A stretch of DNA of 64,000 bases, from positions 1-64,000 of the forward strand of contig NOWV01000138.1 in the NCBI GenBank assembly GCA_003344405.1, in the 5' to 3' direction. A model generated the notes under the pieces. It ran no database searches. It was not told the origin of the DNA and worked only from the letters and a program-made list of their open reading frames with translations. The position numbers and the translations under genes were made by a program. Each line of letters begins with the position of its first letter. The stretch's first letter is position 1. The stretch is from Trichoplax sp. H2. Lineage: Eukaryota. This document shows positions 26,471 through 40,595 of this stretch, in pieces.

Positions 26471-27389
26471 CTATTAAACATAACACTGCCATACCGATTT
26501 TTTTTAAATCCACGATAAGACATGATCATAAAAGTAAACAACAAGATCGCTCCACTTCAAAGTCGTTTAGCTCGCAAGAAAACTCGTTAAGATTGAAAGT
26601 TAACCTCTGTCTATCCCATAAGCATTCTTCTTGGCTCGATTGCTTCAAGCAGTACCTTTGCCAACGAGATCTTTCACCAACAGCCTGCCATCTTGCAGTT
26701 GCTGCAGTAGCTCAGCTTCTCCTTTGCATGGCATCTCCAAGCTGAGAAGGCTTAACTGGAACAGTTGTACCGTTCACCCATACAATATCTAATGAAGTTT
26801 TCTCATGTTTGGAGCATCTAGTACTCAATTACCACAATTTTGCTGCTTAACTCGTCGTACGGAATACAGGACGTACAGAACGTTTGACCATAGCATACTC
26901 TAGTGTACGATACAGCCTTGCAGCATGATACAGTAATATAGAGTAAAAGTGTAAACATCGACACCACTAAAGTTGCCTGAAATCGACACCTTCTTCTACT
27001 CTTAACGCTAGCATCGAGCTCATCATTTGTCATCGCTTCTCTTCCTGACAGCCGATGGTGGAAAATTTGGGCGTAGAAATGATCATTCTGCTCCATCAAT
27101 AAGTTTTTTATCCAACTTGCAATCATGGTAATACAATATTGATGAGAAAGAGATTGTAATGTACAGTTGGTAGTCACCGATCGTAGATATGCTTGATTGC
27201 AAATGGCTGAAGAATGATTTGGTTCATTTCTGACTACTTTTAGGTTTATGCAGCTCGGCTACATGAGCGCTATACTTGAATGATTTTATTATCTTTCAGA
27301 TAGTGCTGCTCAAAGTTGTGCAAATCGACCTTAAAAAGCTTGAATCAGTAAGATTTACAGTACAAGTAAACCGATACTAGGACGATAGT

Positions 27390-28548
27390 ATGAGATTGCG
27401 ATCGTTATCCCATGCTCTCCGAGTAGGATGGCTAAATTATGGTCATGGATGGCTGTTCTATGGTAACTCTCCATGGATACGATACAATTCTACTACCGGT
27501 CATAAAGTAGCGTGTATAGAAGATCTATCTATTGGTCAATCGGTTGAAATAACAAGATCATTTAGTCATAACGATGTTAAGCTATTTGCTCAGCTAAGTG
27601 GAGACAATAACCCTTTACATCTGGATCCCGACTACGCCAAGAATACTCAATTTGGACGTTGTATTGTACACGGATTGTTAATTAATGGGTACTAGAAACT
27701 CATATGCGTAAGTGATATCATGATAAATTAATGAGCATTTCTATCATGACATAGATTGCTATCAGCTCTACTTGGGACGAAATTACCAGGTTATGGAACG
27801 ATCTATGTATCTCAGGATATAAGATTTCATTCCCCTTGTAAGTAATATGCAGGTAGATCTATAAATGAAAACTGTTATTATCATATTTGGATGCAATGAC
27901 GATGATAGAAGAGAGCAATACTAAGAATGAGTACATATAACAGTAATACCGTACTTCATCTTGCCTAGCTATTTCTATTGTTAATCCGTATTTGGTTTAC
28001 AGTTATTAATGAGTTCATCTTACATTCTACAGTATATATAGATGAAGAAGTCACTGCTCTTGTCCAAATTAGTAACATCCGAAGGTCAACTGTTTATGCA
28101 GCTCTCACGTGTACCGCAAAAGAGAGAAATGAGGTAATTAGTGGCTAAGAAATGAAAGTAGTTTCTTGTAGATCCTATTGCGTCAATGAATGTGAAGATT
28201 TTAGTCGATGATTAGCTAAATACATTAAAATCATTATTCCTGAGTAAGAAAATTGCAATTATTATTTTCATTTCATATAATTATTAATGATAGTTGCCGA
28301 TTCAATAACTTGAAAATATCAATCTCTTTGTATTATAAATTGATAAATCCTGATGAGAGTTGGTCTCTGCTGTCTGATTTTGAGATGTCAAACATGCTTC
28401 TCTTCAATTATTTCAGAATTAAGCTATGATTTGATATTAATGGCTTTAAAATAACTTATAGGTGTTCATAATCAATCTATTACAGGTAGTACTGTCAGGC
28501 CAGGCTATTGTTATGATACCCAAAAGGAACCAAATTCAAAGTGAATAA
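27390..28548 (+). CDS. HTD2: Mitochondrial hydroxyacyl-thioester dehydratase type 2 (MaoC hot-dog fold), 4 exons
   Basis: Arg-containing presequence-like N-terminus; FAQLSGDNNPLHLD..YA..TQFG..IVHGLL; exons ~27390-27688, 27755-27837, 28033-28133, 28486-28548 (SALLGTKLPG). Confidence 0.85.
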
Positions 28549-29599
28549 TTTTAGTGCCAAGAATCGGATAATTATTACAGCAATCCTACGTGCCAACAAA
28601 AGAGTCGAGCGGGATGATTAAGCAAGACTAGTATTTGCATTAATGTTGCTTATTTTCGTATGTAACTATACTAAGTTTCTGCGTGTATCTATGGCAATGG
28701 TATTCAATTTTATGTAAAAAAGAAAGAGTTTATTTATTCGAAATATTGACCAGCTATAATTATTATACTTAGTAAATGAGTAGTTATTTAAATGGATTAT
28801 TTCTTTTTTGTATACTTTAGTTTACAATTTAATTAACTTGACGCTAGAAAAGTATCTTAATGCTAGAATGTAAGTAGATGTAAATTGCAATTCGTATGAT
28901 TGATACAGTAACGTTAACCGTTTCAATATCAGCTACTGTCCATTTATACTTTATTTAGGTTACTTAGTCTGTTATAGTACATATATGCTATCCTATAGTA
29001 GGTTTGAAAAAAATAGGAAGATGTACAAAGATTAATTCCGAATGGTGATCCATGTACACTTTCACATCAAATAACATACGGTAGCTACTCATGGTAATAA
29101 CATTGCCACTTATACTATTATTCTACATTATAGTAGTAATGATTATCTTAGGATAGGAAGAGAAATTAGGATTAAAATGTTGTCACAAATATCTCCTACT
29201 TGTGAGCGATTAAACTTCTCTAGTTACTATTACTCTCGTTGAACACTGGCTATTATGGTCGAGGTTAGAACTACTAGAAGAGTTTTAATGTTATAAAATG
29301 CTTTATTGGTATAAGTCCGGCTTGCAGGCCTGTCTATTACGATCGGAATTTGGAACTGAACAAGCTAGTAAGCTAAGTAATTCTATGGCAACAATATAGA
29401 CGGTGCATTTACATTTAATAATCCGAAACTCAAATAGCAATAGCGAATCGCAATTAACAGGAATGGATAAACAACATTAAAAGCAATTAGAAATATTAAT
29501 TTAGCTTACGGTGTCAGACACCGTAGCAAATGTACATCTGTATTAGCGAATCTATGACTAATGTCCACTGACGATGAAATTAAAAAATTCTGTATGCCT

Positions 29600-30450
29600 T
29601 GACTAAGCAATACCGCTGAACTAATATAATTGAATCAAGAAAAATCCCTATCTTTATCAGCCAGCTACCAAATAGACAATAAGACTTAAATGCATATACA
29701 ATTTATTTCTAGAACGCTGAATTAGAATATTCCTTACATTATCCCACTAAACTATCGAGCTATATTTTCTTTTTACACAAGTGTACCTCACCTGCAGGAT
29801 TGTCGAATAGATATTTATAAAGCTGTAATCTATTTTACGGCTTGAACAGTGCCTAGTGCAATTAAGTTGATGAATTACTTGGGTCCAGTATATACGCATA
29901 TAAAATTCTCCGAGATCAATCGATATATAATGGTCGGCTCTTTAGTATCTTGAATTCTCCAAAATCGATAATATATTTTCAATAAATGCTAGTTTCTCAT
30001 GATAATATATTCTCTAGAATCCGTAATCAGTAAATGCGCCGCATTTGCCATAATATTTGTAATGAATCGATAAGACTATTAATGATTATTTTTGCAGAAA
30101 CTTGACAAAATTTTGCAGTTTCTATGTAATACTAGAATCCGTATTTATAATTCAAAATCAATAATTAAGTGATGAATAGAATGGCGATAGAATGGAAACA
30201 AAACTTATAAAATATAAACCATACACTGGTCGAGATATATCACTAGCAATATTACATATAGCAATTCCACTTATTTTATATAATATATCGATGTAAATGC
30301 TAGATTACGCATAGCACGAAGTCACTGCATCTGATTGCAAGATAGAAAGAATCTTGACCTGTAGATTTAGACTACTATTTGATCCAATATAGACCTACTC
30401 GTATTCATTAATTCACTTTATATATTCGTTATGTACAACAGAAATATGGC
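29600..30450 (-). pseudogene. Decayed paralogue of the 0.8-10 kb GPCR family
   Basis: LLVIYLDQCMVYIL*VLFPFYRHSIHHLIIDFEL*IRILV (~30130-30260) aligns with LALIAVDRYFVIVRPFSPFYRNHKRRFLITTEILIWLV. Confidence 0.4.
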
Positions 30451-31903
30451 GTTAACTGAAAACAAAACTAGTCTAAAAGTTCATCATTCAATGTAAATTT
30501 AGGGAGATGTTTCTTTGAAATTGTGAAGCATATTGTGATTGAATCTATGAATCAGATATTCTTTAATAGTTTTTACACAATTTCTGATTAAAGGCATAAA
30601 CTGACTTTAAAAAATTATTTTTGTTTCCTTTATCAACAGCCATTCATAATGAGTGATTGACAGGATATTGTTGCAATAGATATATATGAGCAAAAAAATT
30701 ATAGCAAAGCATTCAATAACATTAACCAACTTGCCTTTTTAAAGTAATTGTAGCGATATAACTAGTACCATGGCCTAACATTAACCCTAAACTTAGTAAT
30801 ATGGATTGGAAATCTCATCACACCTTTGTACTTTTCTAAAAATCATTTCGGAAGAATGGCTGATTGTATAATAAAGTCAAAGATGCTACTCAAGTACGAC
30901 AAAGTTTAATAATAACTTAGTCATTATCCGCCTCTTTTTTATGGAATTTTTATTTAAAACTATTTCATAGAAGTAATAATCAAGCAAATTGAGTAAATCA
31001 ATAATGATAAAACGATGACAAATAAATCACTTCTGATGATCAATTTCATCCCAAGCGATGAGACTTATTCTATACTATAGTTTTATCATTCCGGATATAT
31101 GTGATGCTATAGGTATATGCTGTTATTTTATTTAAAAGTTATCTGAAATTGATTGCATAATCAAGAAGCATTCACTAGTCGTTCTATCGATAGTATTTAT
31201 AAATCGGAGCCTAACTAATATTGATTCAATTGCGCTCTTTCATTATTATATGCCTTGACTAGTCGATTATTTCCCTAAATTACTTTCAAAGAGGTCATAA
31301 TATAACGCCTAAACTATTCTTTTTAGACTAATTATACACGAAGCTTTTACATATCTTTCTTTATGCTTTTACAATTAGTTTGCATAGAAGCCAACATTGT
31401 TTACTTCAAATGACAAATTAATAGTTTACTCTTCCATTGATGAATTAATATAACATGAACAAAAGAAGCATCTACTGGCTTCTAACAAAAGTTTGCTATT
31501 ACTAGCCATTTCAATGGCGGCGTTAAAGATATGAATATATTATCCGATCGTCATAGCAACAAGTGGCAGTAAAGAGCAGAACTATTTTTTCGTCTTTCTA
31601 TCGGATAGAATTTATGTCTGCAAAGGGATCCAACTATGATGATTGATGAGAATCATTCTTAACTCAGCATGACCAATTACAATAACAAACCATAATTTCG
31701 TCATAGGATAGATGCTCTCGACTAATTAAGAAGAGTCAATTCCTTGGTTAATATATTATTATCGAATTGTTTTAGCACTGAAAAAGAGGTTGGAATTTAT
31801 TCTGTTTTCATACTCTGGACGCAAGTCAACATTTCCATTTAGCCTAAGAAGATTATATACTAGTTACGAAATTAAAGCAGTAAAAAAATTGACTGACTCC
31901 GAA

Positions 31904-34900
31904 ATGGCATCACAATCACCCAATAAAAGTGCAAAGAAACTCCAATTTAAACAGAAAATCCTTTCAACGATCAGCGGGAATAAAAACCAAATTAGTAAAG
32001 CTATCATGGAATCAAACCAACCAGTCTCCGTGGTAAATACGTGTATATTTATAGCATTCCATTTATTCCTGATAGGCAATCCTGTCTAATCAATTTAAAG
32101 TATAACGGATAGTTCCTAACATTAAATTAATATGGTCATGGCAATGTATTTCAATCTTGATTGTAGAGTCTTGTTTTCATCATATTTATCATTTCGGTTT
32201 GGATTACCAATTAGTGTCGGATAGGAATTAATATTTTTTAAAAGCAATTTTTATGCTGTTGATAACAATTATATCTATTTCATATTTCCATATAGTTAAC
32301 TAAAGTAATAATCTGAATTATTCTTCTGAGGAAATGATGAGAAGATATATTCAAATTATATGAGCAGATTAGTACTACATCCTGTTTATCAATGGTGTTC
32401 AGATAATAATTACCGAAAAAAACTGTTAAAATTAAAAAATGAACAGATTGAAAAACGGTTTTACTCTAATCGCCAATAGTATTCCATCGAAGCTTATATT
32501 TAGTTTTATTTAATAAAGGAATAGACTAATTTATCTTCATTAAAAAGAAGTACAATTATATTTAAATCGTTAATAATATCGGTTCCTAGCTCATATTTTT
32601 ATCTTGTTATCTAAAGAAAACAGACTGATTGATCTTCATGAAGAAATGATATCAAGTATCTTTAAATCTTCTTAGTTGATTACCACTGTATCATATTCAC
32701 CAGGGCTGTTTAAAATAACATTTACACCTACAAGCGGATGAAAATGGATAAATTGGAAAATAACTTTATGTACATCTTTCATTTAGCTGGAGTGGAATAG
32801 ATCGTAATTACTCAATAATTTAATCTATTCTTAATATCATTGCTTTTCTTTATTATCTCGCATAGGGCAAACAAACGAGGCCAAACTCTCGCTTAAGGCG
32901 AATTGAAGAAAAGATGAGAGCTGCTGATTTAGAAATTGATTCTGACTCTGATAGCAGTAATGACGGATGGGATACTGATCTTGATGATGTGGGTAAGTTC
33001 CCATCAGAATAATATACCGCTTTAAGTACTATCATCTAGATTATGACGGATTCGAGTTCTAATTAAAAAATGAGATGGTTCGATATCTTCTACATGAAAT
33101 CGAGACAAATCTGTTTCGCTCATCGTTATCCCTATGACATTAAGAAGCTATACAGTACAGTAACATAAGTTCGTTGTATTTTCTGATAACCTTGAAAATT
33201 TATCACAACATAAGGTTAAACTGAGTCCTGCTAGACTCAATTACTGCAGTTATTCATGCTAAGATTCTGATTAATATTACTACATAGTAATGTAAGCTTT
33301 CGAATATATTCGTTTATCAACGAACAAATATGGTACCATCAATGTAATTGATAAAGCCGAAGTCTATTTAATTAGTGACTTCATAAGTGATATTTTTGAC
33401 CGATGGAGTATTCTGATCTATCTATAAGCATCGATATCAACACTTTAATATCAGTACTATGTTATTAATTTATTTAGCTTCAGCATCTGAAGAAGAATAT
33501 GAAGATCCATTAAAAGCAATGTACATCAACGAATGTAAAAAGAAGGGCATGACTCCAGTATCCCACTATGTACGCCACTTTACTGATAAAGGTCTCCATC
33601 TTAGCCATTTAGGCCTGGGATCTCGAGATATCAAAATTATTGCTCAAAGTCTTGTGGTAAATTTCTAATGATTTGCATCCATAGATTGTAATATCTGTCC
33701 TTTAATAAATTGTAAAGGCAGAACGGAATACTTAGATTTCAAATGATATAATTTACGTTATTTTAATGTTTATTCAACAGGAAAATACTGCCACGGTTAA
33801 GCTAGATCTACAGGATAATCGTCTCGAAGGAGAAGGAGCTGTTGCTATCGCCAATATGATGAAAGAAAATACCACAATTAAAGAAATAGTTAGTATCTGA
33901 TTCTGTTATGCGCCAATATTAGTTGTGATTATCAGCTATAAATTCATGATCCGAAAGTTTGGAGTTGTAGTATTAAATATTTCAAACATGCATTGCCAAT
34001 CATCATTGACTCTCTGGCTTATAAATTTATCCTTTATATCATTCGATAGAATTTAGCCGAAAACAGAATTCGAAGTGAAGGAGCCAATGCTGTAGCTGAA
34101 ATGCTTCTTTATAATACAGAGATGCTCTCCCTGAATGTTTCAGGTTTGTTCAATTCCTTTTAAGCATTTCTAGAAGGGTAAAATATCCACCTTAAAAATT
34201 GTCGAATCGGCCAGGACAATTAAAGTGGAATACTCTCGATTTTTTCGCTGCAGGAAACGATTTTGAAGACAACGATGCAGAGATATTATCGGAACCCATT
34301 ATGGTAAAAATTAAAATATTTGCATATCAATATGCATTATACTCTAGCTAAGTATGTTAACTAATGCTAAATTTAAGCAGGAGAAGCCCATTTATGTTTC
34401 TTTTATAATGATTTAATTCCCTTCTACAGATTAATTTCCATCTACAGACACTTAATTTAAGCCATAATAAGTTTTCCATTATTGGCGGCCAATTCTTAGG
34501 GAGTGCAATAGGTAAGAAAATCTATTACCAACATTTTATCATTTCCTTAACAAGTCCATAGAGTCGAGAGAATAAAATTCTTTTTATTTTCGTGATTAAT
34601 ATCTACAGCTCAAAATGATGGAATCGAAGATTTAGATTTAAGTTGGAATCATCTACGGAAAAAAGGTGCACATGCAATCGCAATCGCTTTAAGGGTAAGT
34701 AAAAAGCAAATGAACTTATGCCTCTGCTGTATTAAAGTAGATGATGCTAAGTATTTTTGCTAAATCAGAAAAAATTATTCAACCCTACTAAAGGAAAATG
34801 TTATATTTCCATTACATTTTTTATAGAGTAACGTTAGGTTAAAATATTTAAACTTGTCTTGGAATGGTTTTGCTGATGATGGGGCAGCCATCATGGGTGA

Positions 34901-36340
34901 AACATTAAAATATAATAATACCCTCCTAGAGTTGGATCTCAGGTAACTTTCTTAGCACTAAACTAAATCTATTTATCCTGTAACTGCAATCGTCGTAGTT
35001 TTCAATGATACTTGATGCATAATCAAGCATAAAATATTAATTTCCTCGTAGTAATAATCGTATAGGAGTCAAGGGAGCAAAGGCTTTAGCTCTTGGTTTA
35101 GCAATCAATGACACCATTAGAGTTATAAAAGTAAGTTGATAACTAAGTTATTAGCCTGCTTTCGTCTTATAAAAACGAAATTAATGTAAAAATAATAGGT
35201 ATAGCATCTATTTGATATTTGGCCATTCAACCACACTGCTAATTAATTGTATCTTCTAATTCTATTATATAATAATTTCTTTTCAGATTGGCAAGAATCC
35301 AATTTATGCCGAAGGTTGTTGTTCGATCCTTGAAGCCATAAATCGCAATCCTCGAACGGTTATTGTAGACATAGAAATGCAGGTAAAATAAAGCTGTTCA
35401 GAAAATGTATAATCATATATGTAACTTCAAGTTCTTTCTCTTTATTATTGTTAATACTTCTACAGGATATTCTTATTGATGACGTTTGTGGAAAGATACT
35501 AGAAGAAATAACTAAAAAATTTCCCACGATTAAAATCACTCATGGCGGTTTTTCCAATAACAGCGGTCTTAAAAGTATTAAAGTTGATCCAATGGCTGTT
35601 CTACAAGAATATATCGAAAGCCATAACTTGAGAATTATTGATTTATTTAATCGATTCGATCGTGATAACAGCAGAACTGTGGATAAACGAGAGTTCTTGG
35701 ATGGTATGAAGGTTTGTATTAGCGTTCTCAATTGGATTTCTATCTTTAACATTGCTCAGTAATAAGATATATATAGCCATAATTAATTATTCATCTCTTT
35801 GCAAACTTCCGTTTTGATAGACTTTGGATGTGCCACTGACTAAAGATCAATTGCTAGAGCTGGTTGATAGGCTAGATGCTGATGGTGACGGTCAAATTGC
35901 ATACGGGTATACATTACTTTTATTGACCTTTTATTATACTAAAAAACTAATTGTAACTACTGGTTATATGCCAAAACTGTAGAGAGCTAGTATCATCATC
36001 TCGAGGCATATTGCTTGATAAACGAACGATTAAGAAGAAAAAGCTGGCTGCTGATAAAGAAATTGAAGAATTAGCCAAACAAGCTGATACAACGTCCTTA
36101 AGTCCAGTTATAAGATCTAATTCAACGTCAAGAAAATCGATTGTAGCTGCAATAGCTGAATTACAAGATAAAGGCCTATTAGCGCCTAATGCAAGTATAA
36201 CTCATGGAGCTCACGGGGCTTCTTTGAGTCCTAGAAAATCGATAGCTAAATTGGAAGGCATAAACAAAAGCAAAGCTCTTGCCTCTCCACAACCCAGATC
36301 TATTTCAGTTGTATCAAATAAAAGTAATTATTCCAAATAA
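31904..36340 (+). CDS. LRRC74A: LRRC74-like RI-type leucine-rich-repeat protein with C-terminal EF-hands, ~14 exons
   Basis: DGWDTDLDD motif; Y..ECKK.G.TPVS; LHLSHLGLG; repeats LDLQDN, LNLSHN, LDLSWN, LNLSWNGF; EF loops DRDNSRTVDKRE and DADGDGQIAYGE. Confidence 0.85.
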
Positions 36341-37247
36341 CTTACAGTCCTTTAACCATAAAAATGAGCGTATCCACATTCTGGATAGTCTCAGTGATCT
36401 GATAGTTGAATACAGTAATATATAGTAATTTCTACCATCTCTACAGACTTTATTTCGATCGATATCTATGCATTCAACAGAAAATAACTATGGCAGTATT
36501 TGATACCCTTTTTGCAGAGTCTCACTATGGTACTGAATGATTAATTTATTTATGCAAGTGTTTACATTTTCAGCCTCATTACTTTTACGATTAAAACTAC
36601 TTCAAGGTCAATAAGAAAGCATCCATATTTTATAAAATGTATATACGTAAAGTTAGTACTCTTTTGATATGTAATCAATTATTTCATTTATTAAAAGTAA
36701 TTTGTATACCGTTGATATCAATGCGCACATTTATTGAGGGTTTTATCAAGCAAATGGAATGTTATACTTGATAAAGGTAGCATTCAATCGTGACTTTATC
36801 CTGACTTAAAAATTGTATAATATATAAAGATATTTCTACTTGAATTTAATATGCATTCCGCTTCATCGAAAGGAAACGGTAAGGATGCGCTATTTAACAC
36901 CCTTTTTTAAACTTAATTTACAACCAATACAATAAAAAAATGCAAGATAAAGCAATTTCGAAACGGTTTGTACTCGTGTCTTTAGCACTAGATACACATT
37001 CTTGTTAGCCACTGATAATGGGTGTCTAGTTAAATCAACAAGTCATAGACAATAACTGCCGTAGTCATATATGCGTATATCAACACGACGAAACACTATC
37101 GGCATAAAGTATTTGTTGATGGTTAATTATATTACAAACTAGATCCAGCACTGATCTTTACATTAGCCATAGCCAATACTTTGATGATTACTTATAATAG
37201 GATTGTCGCACTGCGAGGTAATTTCATAACCAATCGATTACTGCCAC

Positions 37248-39325
37248 TTAATCCATGGTAAATATCCTTGAGGCAATATCGTCGATCAACCAGTCAACAC
37301 CATCTAATAACTTTTCACCAGTAACTGCACTACACCATTGAATACTCCAGTGATGGGAATGAATTGTATCTAGTTCTAAAGCCTGATAGAAACAAAATCG
37401 ATAGACTTAACTTGCTTACTCTCTGTATGAGTCAAGTGCAAGATCACATGATTGATATAGGCATTTCTACGAGCTGAAGATGTTTCGTTTGCATACCTTT
37501 CTAATTTCGTTGGATGATAAAGCTCCAGCTAAATCTTGTTTATTAGCAAAAACGAGCAAGGTTGCTCCAGCTAATCTCTAATGATACAATTGAATATGTT
37601 TGTATTATTCATCTAATATCGAGTTCAGTTTTGATTGTATGCAACTACTTGATCATATTGGCAATATACACAAGCGTCTTGCTATCTATCCATTCACATT
37701 ACCTCTTCTCCTAATAGGGCATGTAATTCAGCTTTACAATCTTCAAGTCTTCTGACATCAGCACTATCAACTACCCATACTAATCCATCAGTGCTTTCAA
37801 AATAATTTCTCCAATAAGATCGAATGGATTTTTGTCCTCCAATATCCCATATATTAAGCTTAAAACTATGTAAAGCAAAAGTATACGAACAAATAGTAAG
37901 ATACCTAGTGTAACATTATCTTTATACTTTACAAGATAGCATGACGAATACGTTTGGTAGAAAGTAATCATTTTAAAGAGCAAAGCTTAGTTAGGTCTTG
38001 TAACCTCACCATTGAGCTCTATTAGCTCATGATCAAGTCACGTTGGATTGATTAATATTATTGTTCACGTATTTAACGGATGTTCTTTACACTCTTGAGA
38101 ACTAACTACGATTAGACTTACGAGCGATGTTCTAGAGTCTTAATATTGAAGCCAAGCGTTGGCGATATTGTATTGACATCCTCACCATTAAGCCGTTTCA
38201 AAATAGTTGTCTTGCCAGCATTGTCTAAACCTCTAGGATTGAAATACATTTTGTTAAGGATTATCAAAACAACCGCAACCATCATCCTATTATTTCATTC
38301 TTTTATTGAATACGATGGAAACGACGTATACATAAATTGAAACAGTTAGGCACTTATTCTACTATAAGGTGAAATGTTTGGAGAAAAACTTGGACTGCAG
38401 CAATTGAATAGGTAGTCCATTATTGAAGTAACACCTACATTCAACTATAGTACTGTAGATGATACAGAACATTGATACTCTGTTGCTTTCGATACTGCTA
38501 TAGTGTTTGAAAGTATGCACTTTTGCAGCTCAGCAGTGAAGTCCATTGGTTAATACTGTATATGTATATTACGTATCAAGACAGACGTATGTTCAACCAC
38601 TGTCGACGACAGAATTCCGTTCACCAATACTCAATGATGGTCATTTGAAATTATGGACTTTAGGCATTTAATGTAGTCCACTGTCGAAGGCCAGCGTGTG
38701 TGTAGACGCTGGTATTCTGCTCATTTCGTTACTCGATGACCGTGATTTGAAAATAATATAGACCAAAGCAATAGAATAGATAGTTCACTGTAGAATCTTC
38801 AGTAGCTACACGTATGTTCAATTACATTTATGGCAGTATTCTGTTTATTGCCATGCTGTATATGACAGTAATTTAAAAAAAAATAGACTATAGTAATAGA
38901 AGTAGTTGACTGTTCCATCTTCCATTGATACAAGTACTGTCTGTTCAACGCGAGTAGACAGCAGCATTCTGATCATTTCCACACTATAACAGTGATTTCA
39001 AAATGCCGACGATACTAACTTGATGGATCGTTTACTATGAAATCTTCGATGCATGTATGCTTAACTCCTGTTCAAGGTAGTTTTGTTCATTGCGATACTA
39101 TGGCAGCGATTTGTAAATAGTAATAGTAGTGTCGATCTTAGTCATTGCATCCTCATTGATGGCGTTGTCCATTGCGCAAATAAGACGTATGTTTCATTGC
39201 ATTTTACGATCGTATTCTGTTCATTTCGATACATTATAACAGGTATAAATCAAAGGATACAACATTAAGATTCGCATTTCCTTTTCCTTCTCCTTCATCT
39301 TTTTCAATATAGCAAGTAATCCCAT
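37248..39325 (-). CDS. ARL2: ADP-ribosylation factor-like protein 2, 5 exons
   Basis: [77 protein letters not shown]. Confidence 0.97.
38233..39260 (-). other. U12-type (minor spliceosome) GT-AG intron, ARL2 intron 1
   Basis: Donor GTATCCTTT (39260-39252), branch site TCCTTAAC (38260-38253) about 20 nt from the TAG acceptor; splicing keeps the reading frame. Confidence 0.92.
38350..39240. repeat. Degenerate ~115-120 bp tandem repeat inside ARL2 intron 1
   Basis: Recurring cgtatgttcaa...attctgttcatt...atact...gtgatttgaaa blocks at ~38587, 38811, 38940, 39055 and 39186. Confidence 0.65.
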
Positions 39326-40249
39326 GTTGATTTCGCTAGTCTATTCCTTATCCACTCGTCCGTAAAAGATGGAGTAGTTGACGAATGATAACCGTGGAGA
39401 CGAAAGGGACTGACAGTTGACCTGCCGAGCTACTGGTACTCAGTGTCTCGTACAGTGTACAGTACAGGGTTCGGGTTACAGTATACAGTACTGTACACTG
39501 TACTGTACAGGAAAGGTCTGCAGCGACGAACGTGGCCAACTTTTGGACTACTCTGTCTACTGTCGTAAGTAGCACTAGATACAAGTATGAAATGACTGCT
39601 GACTAGAAGCTGTATACAGCGCAGTATGAAACATTTTTGGAATAGTTTGAGTCCGCGGGCTTTGCCCATGGTTGCTAGATAGAAGAAAAGCAGTTGAATA
39701 TTTAAGAAAAGCTGTTGAATATTTTGGGTCCGCGGGCTTGATAGAAGAAAGTTCGTTTATCCTCTTCATCGATGGGTAATGCAGTACTGAGAAAGTGAAT
39801 ATTTGCGACTATTTGCGACACCAAATAGTCCTTCTACAGGATTCAACTAAACCTCTGCAAGCCTACAACTAACACGTCCATGACGTCATTGACAGAAATC
39901 TTGCTGGCCCGTTATTCTGCGGTCAGAGTCGTTGTACTCAGTAGTTTAAGCCTGTACCTCAGGAATCAGGATCCGACATCAGACGTGTTTACTTTACGAG
40001 TGTACGACAGGATCCGATACATCCAATATTCCAATTTTTGCATCCATTGGTACAAAATTGATCGGCAATGCATGGTTTGAATATGCCAAGGTTCATAACG
40101 ATTGGTCTTTCTGAAGCATTTTACCCATAGTTTTTAGTTAGTTTTTACTATTCAAATATATCGAAGAAAACGGATCACATTCGGTAGTACAGTACATGCA
40201 ATACTGTACACTGTACGGCATGTTTACTAATTCTTCAGATATTTAGATA

Positions 40250-40440
40250 GCAAAGTATACTTATATATACATATATACAAAGTATACTTATATATATATT
40301 CTTATATACTTATATACTTATATATATATACTTATATATACATATATACAAAGTAGACTTATATATATATATACTTATATACTTATATACATATATACAA
40401 AGTAGACTTATATATATATATATACTATACTGTACAGTAT
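40250..40440. repeat. TA-rich micro/minisatellite
   Basis: caaagtatacttatatatacatatata variants. Confidence 0.9.
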
Positions 40441-40595
40441 AGAAATTAGGGAAAATGAATGATATACCATTGCATATTTTTTTAGAAATTATTGCTGTAC
40501 CGTACTGTGCTGTAAAAAAAAAAGGGACTGGTCCCTGATAGTACAATATCAATTTTTCAACTGCTATTTTGGGGGCCAAATCAACTTAATTTTAA

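Noticed and set aside
26818-27177. 119-aa ORF as the aprataxin FHA domain or RPP14
   Set aside because: No recognisable motifs, non-ATG start, and it lies in the putative bidirectional promoter.
39348-40080. Several short overlapping ORFs upstream of ARL2
   Set aside because: Low-complexity promoter sequence with no protein motifs.
40310-40579. 89-aa Tyr/Ile-rich ORF
   Set aside because: Translation of the TA microsatellite.
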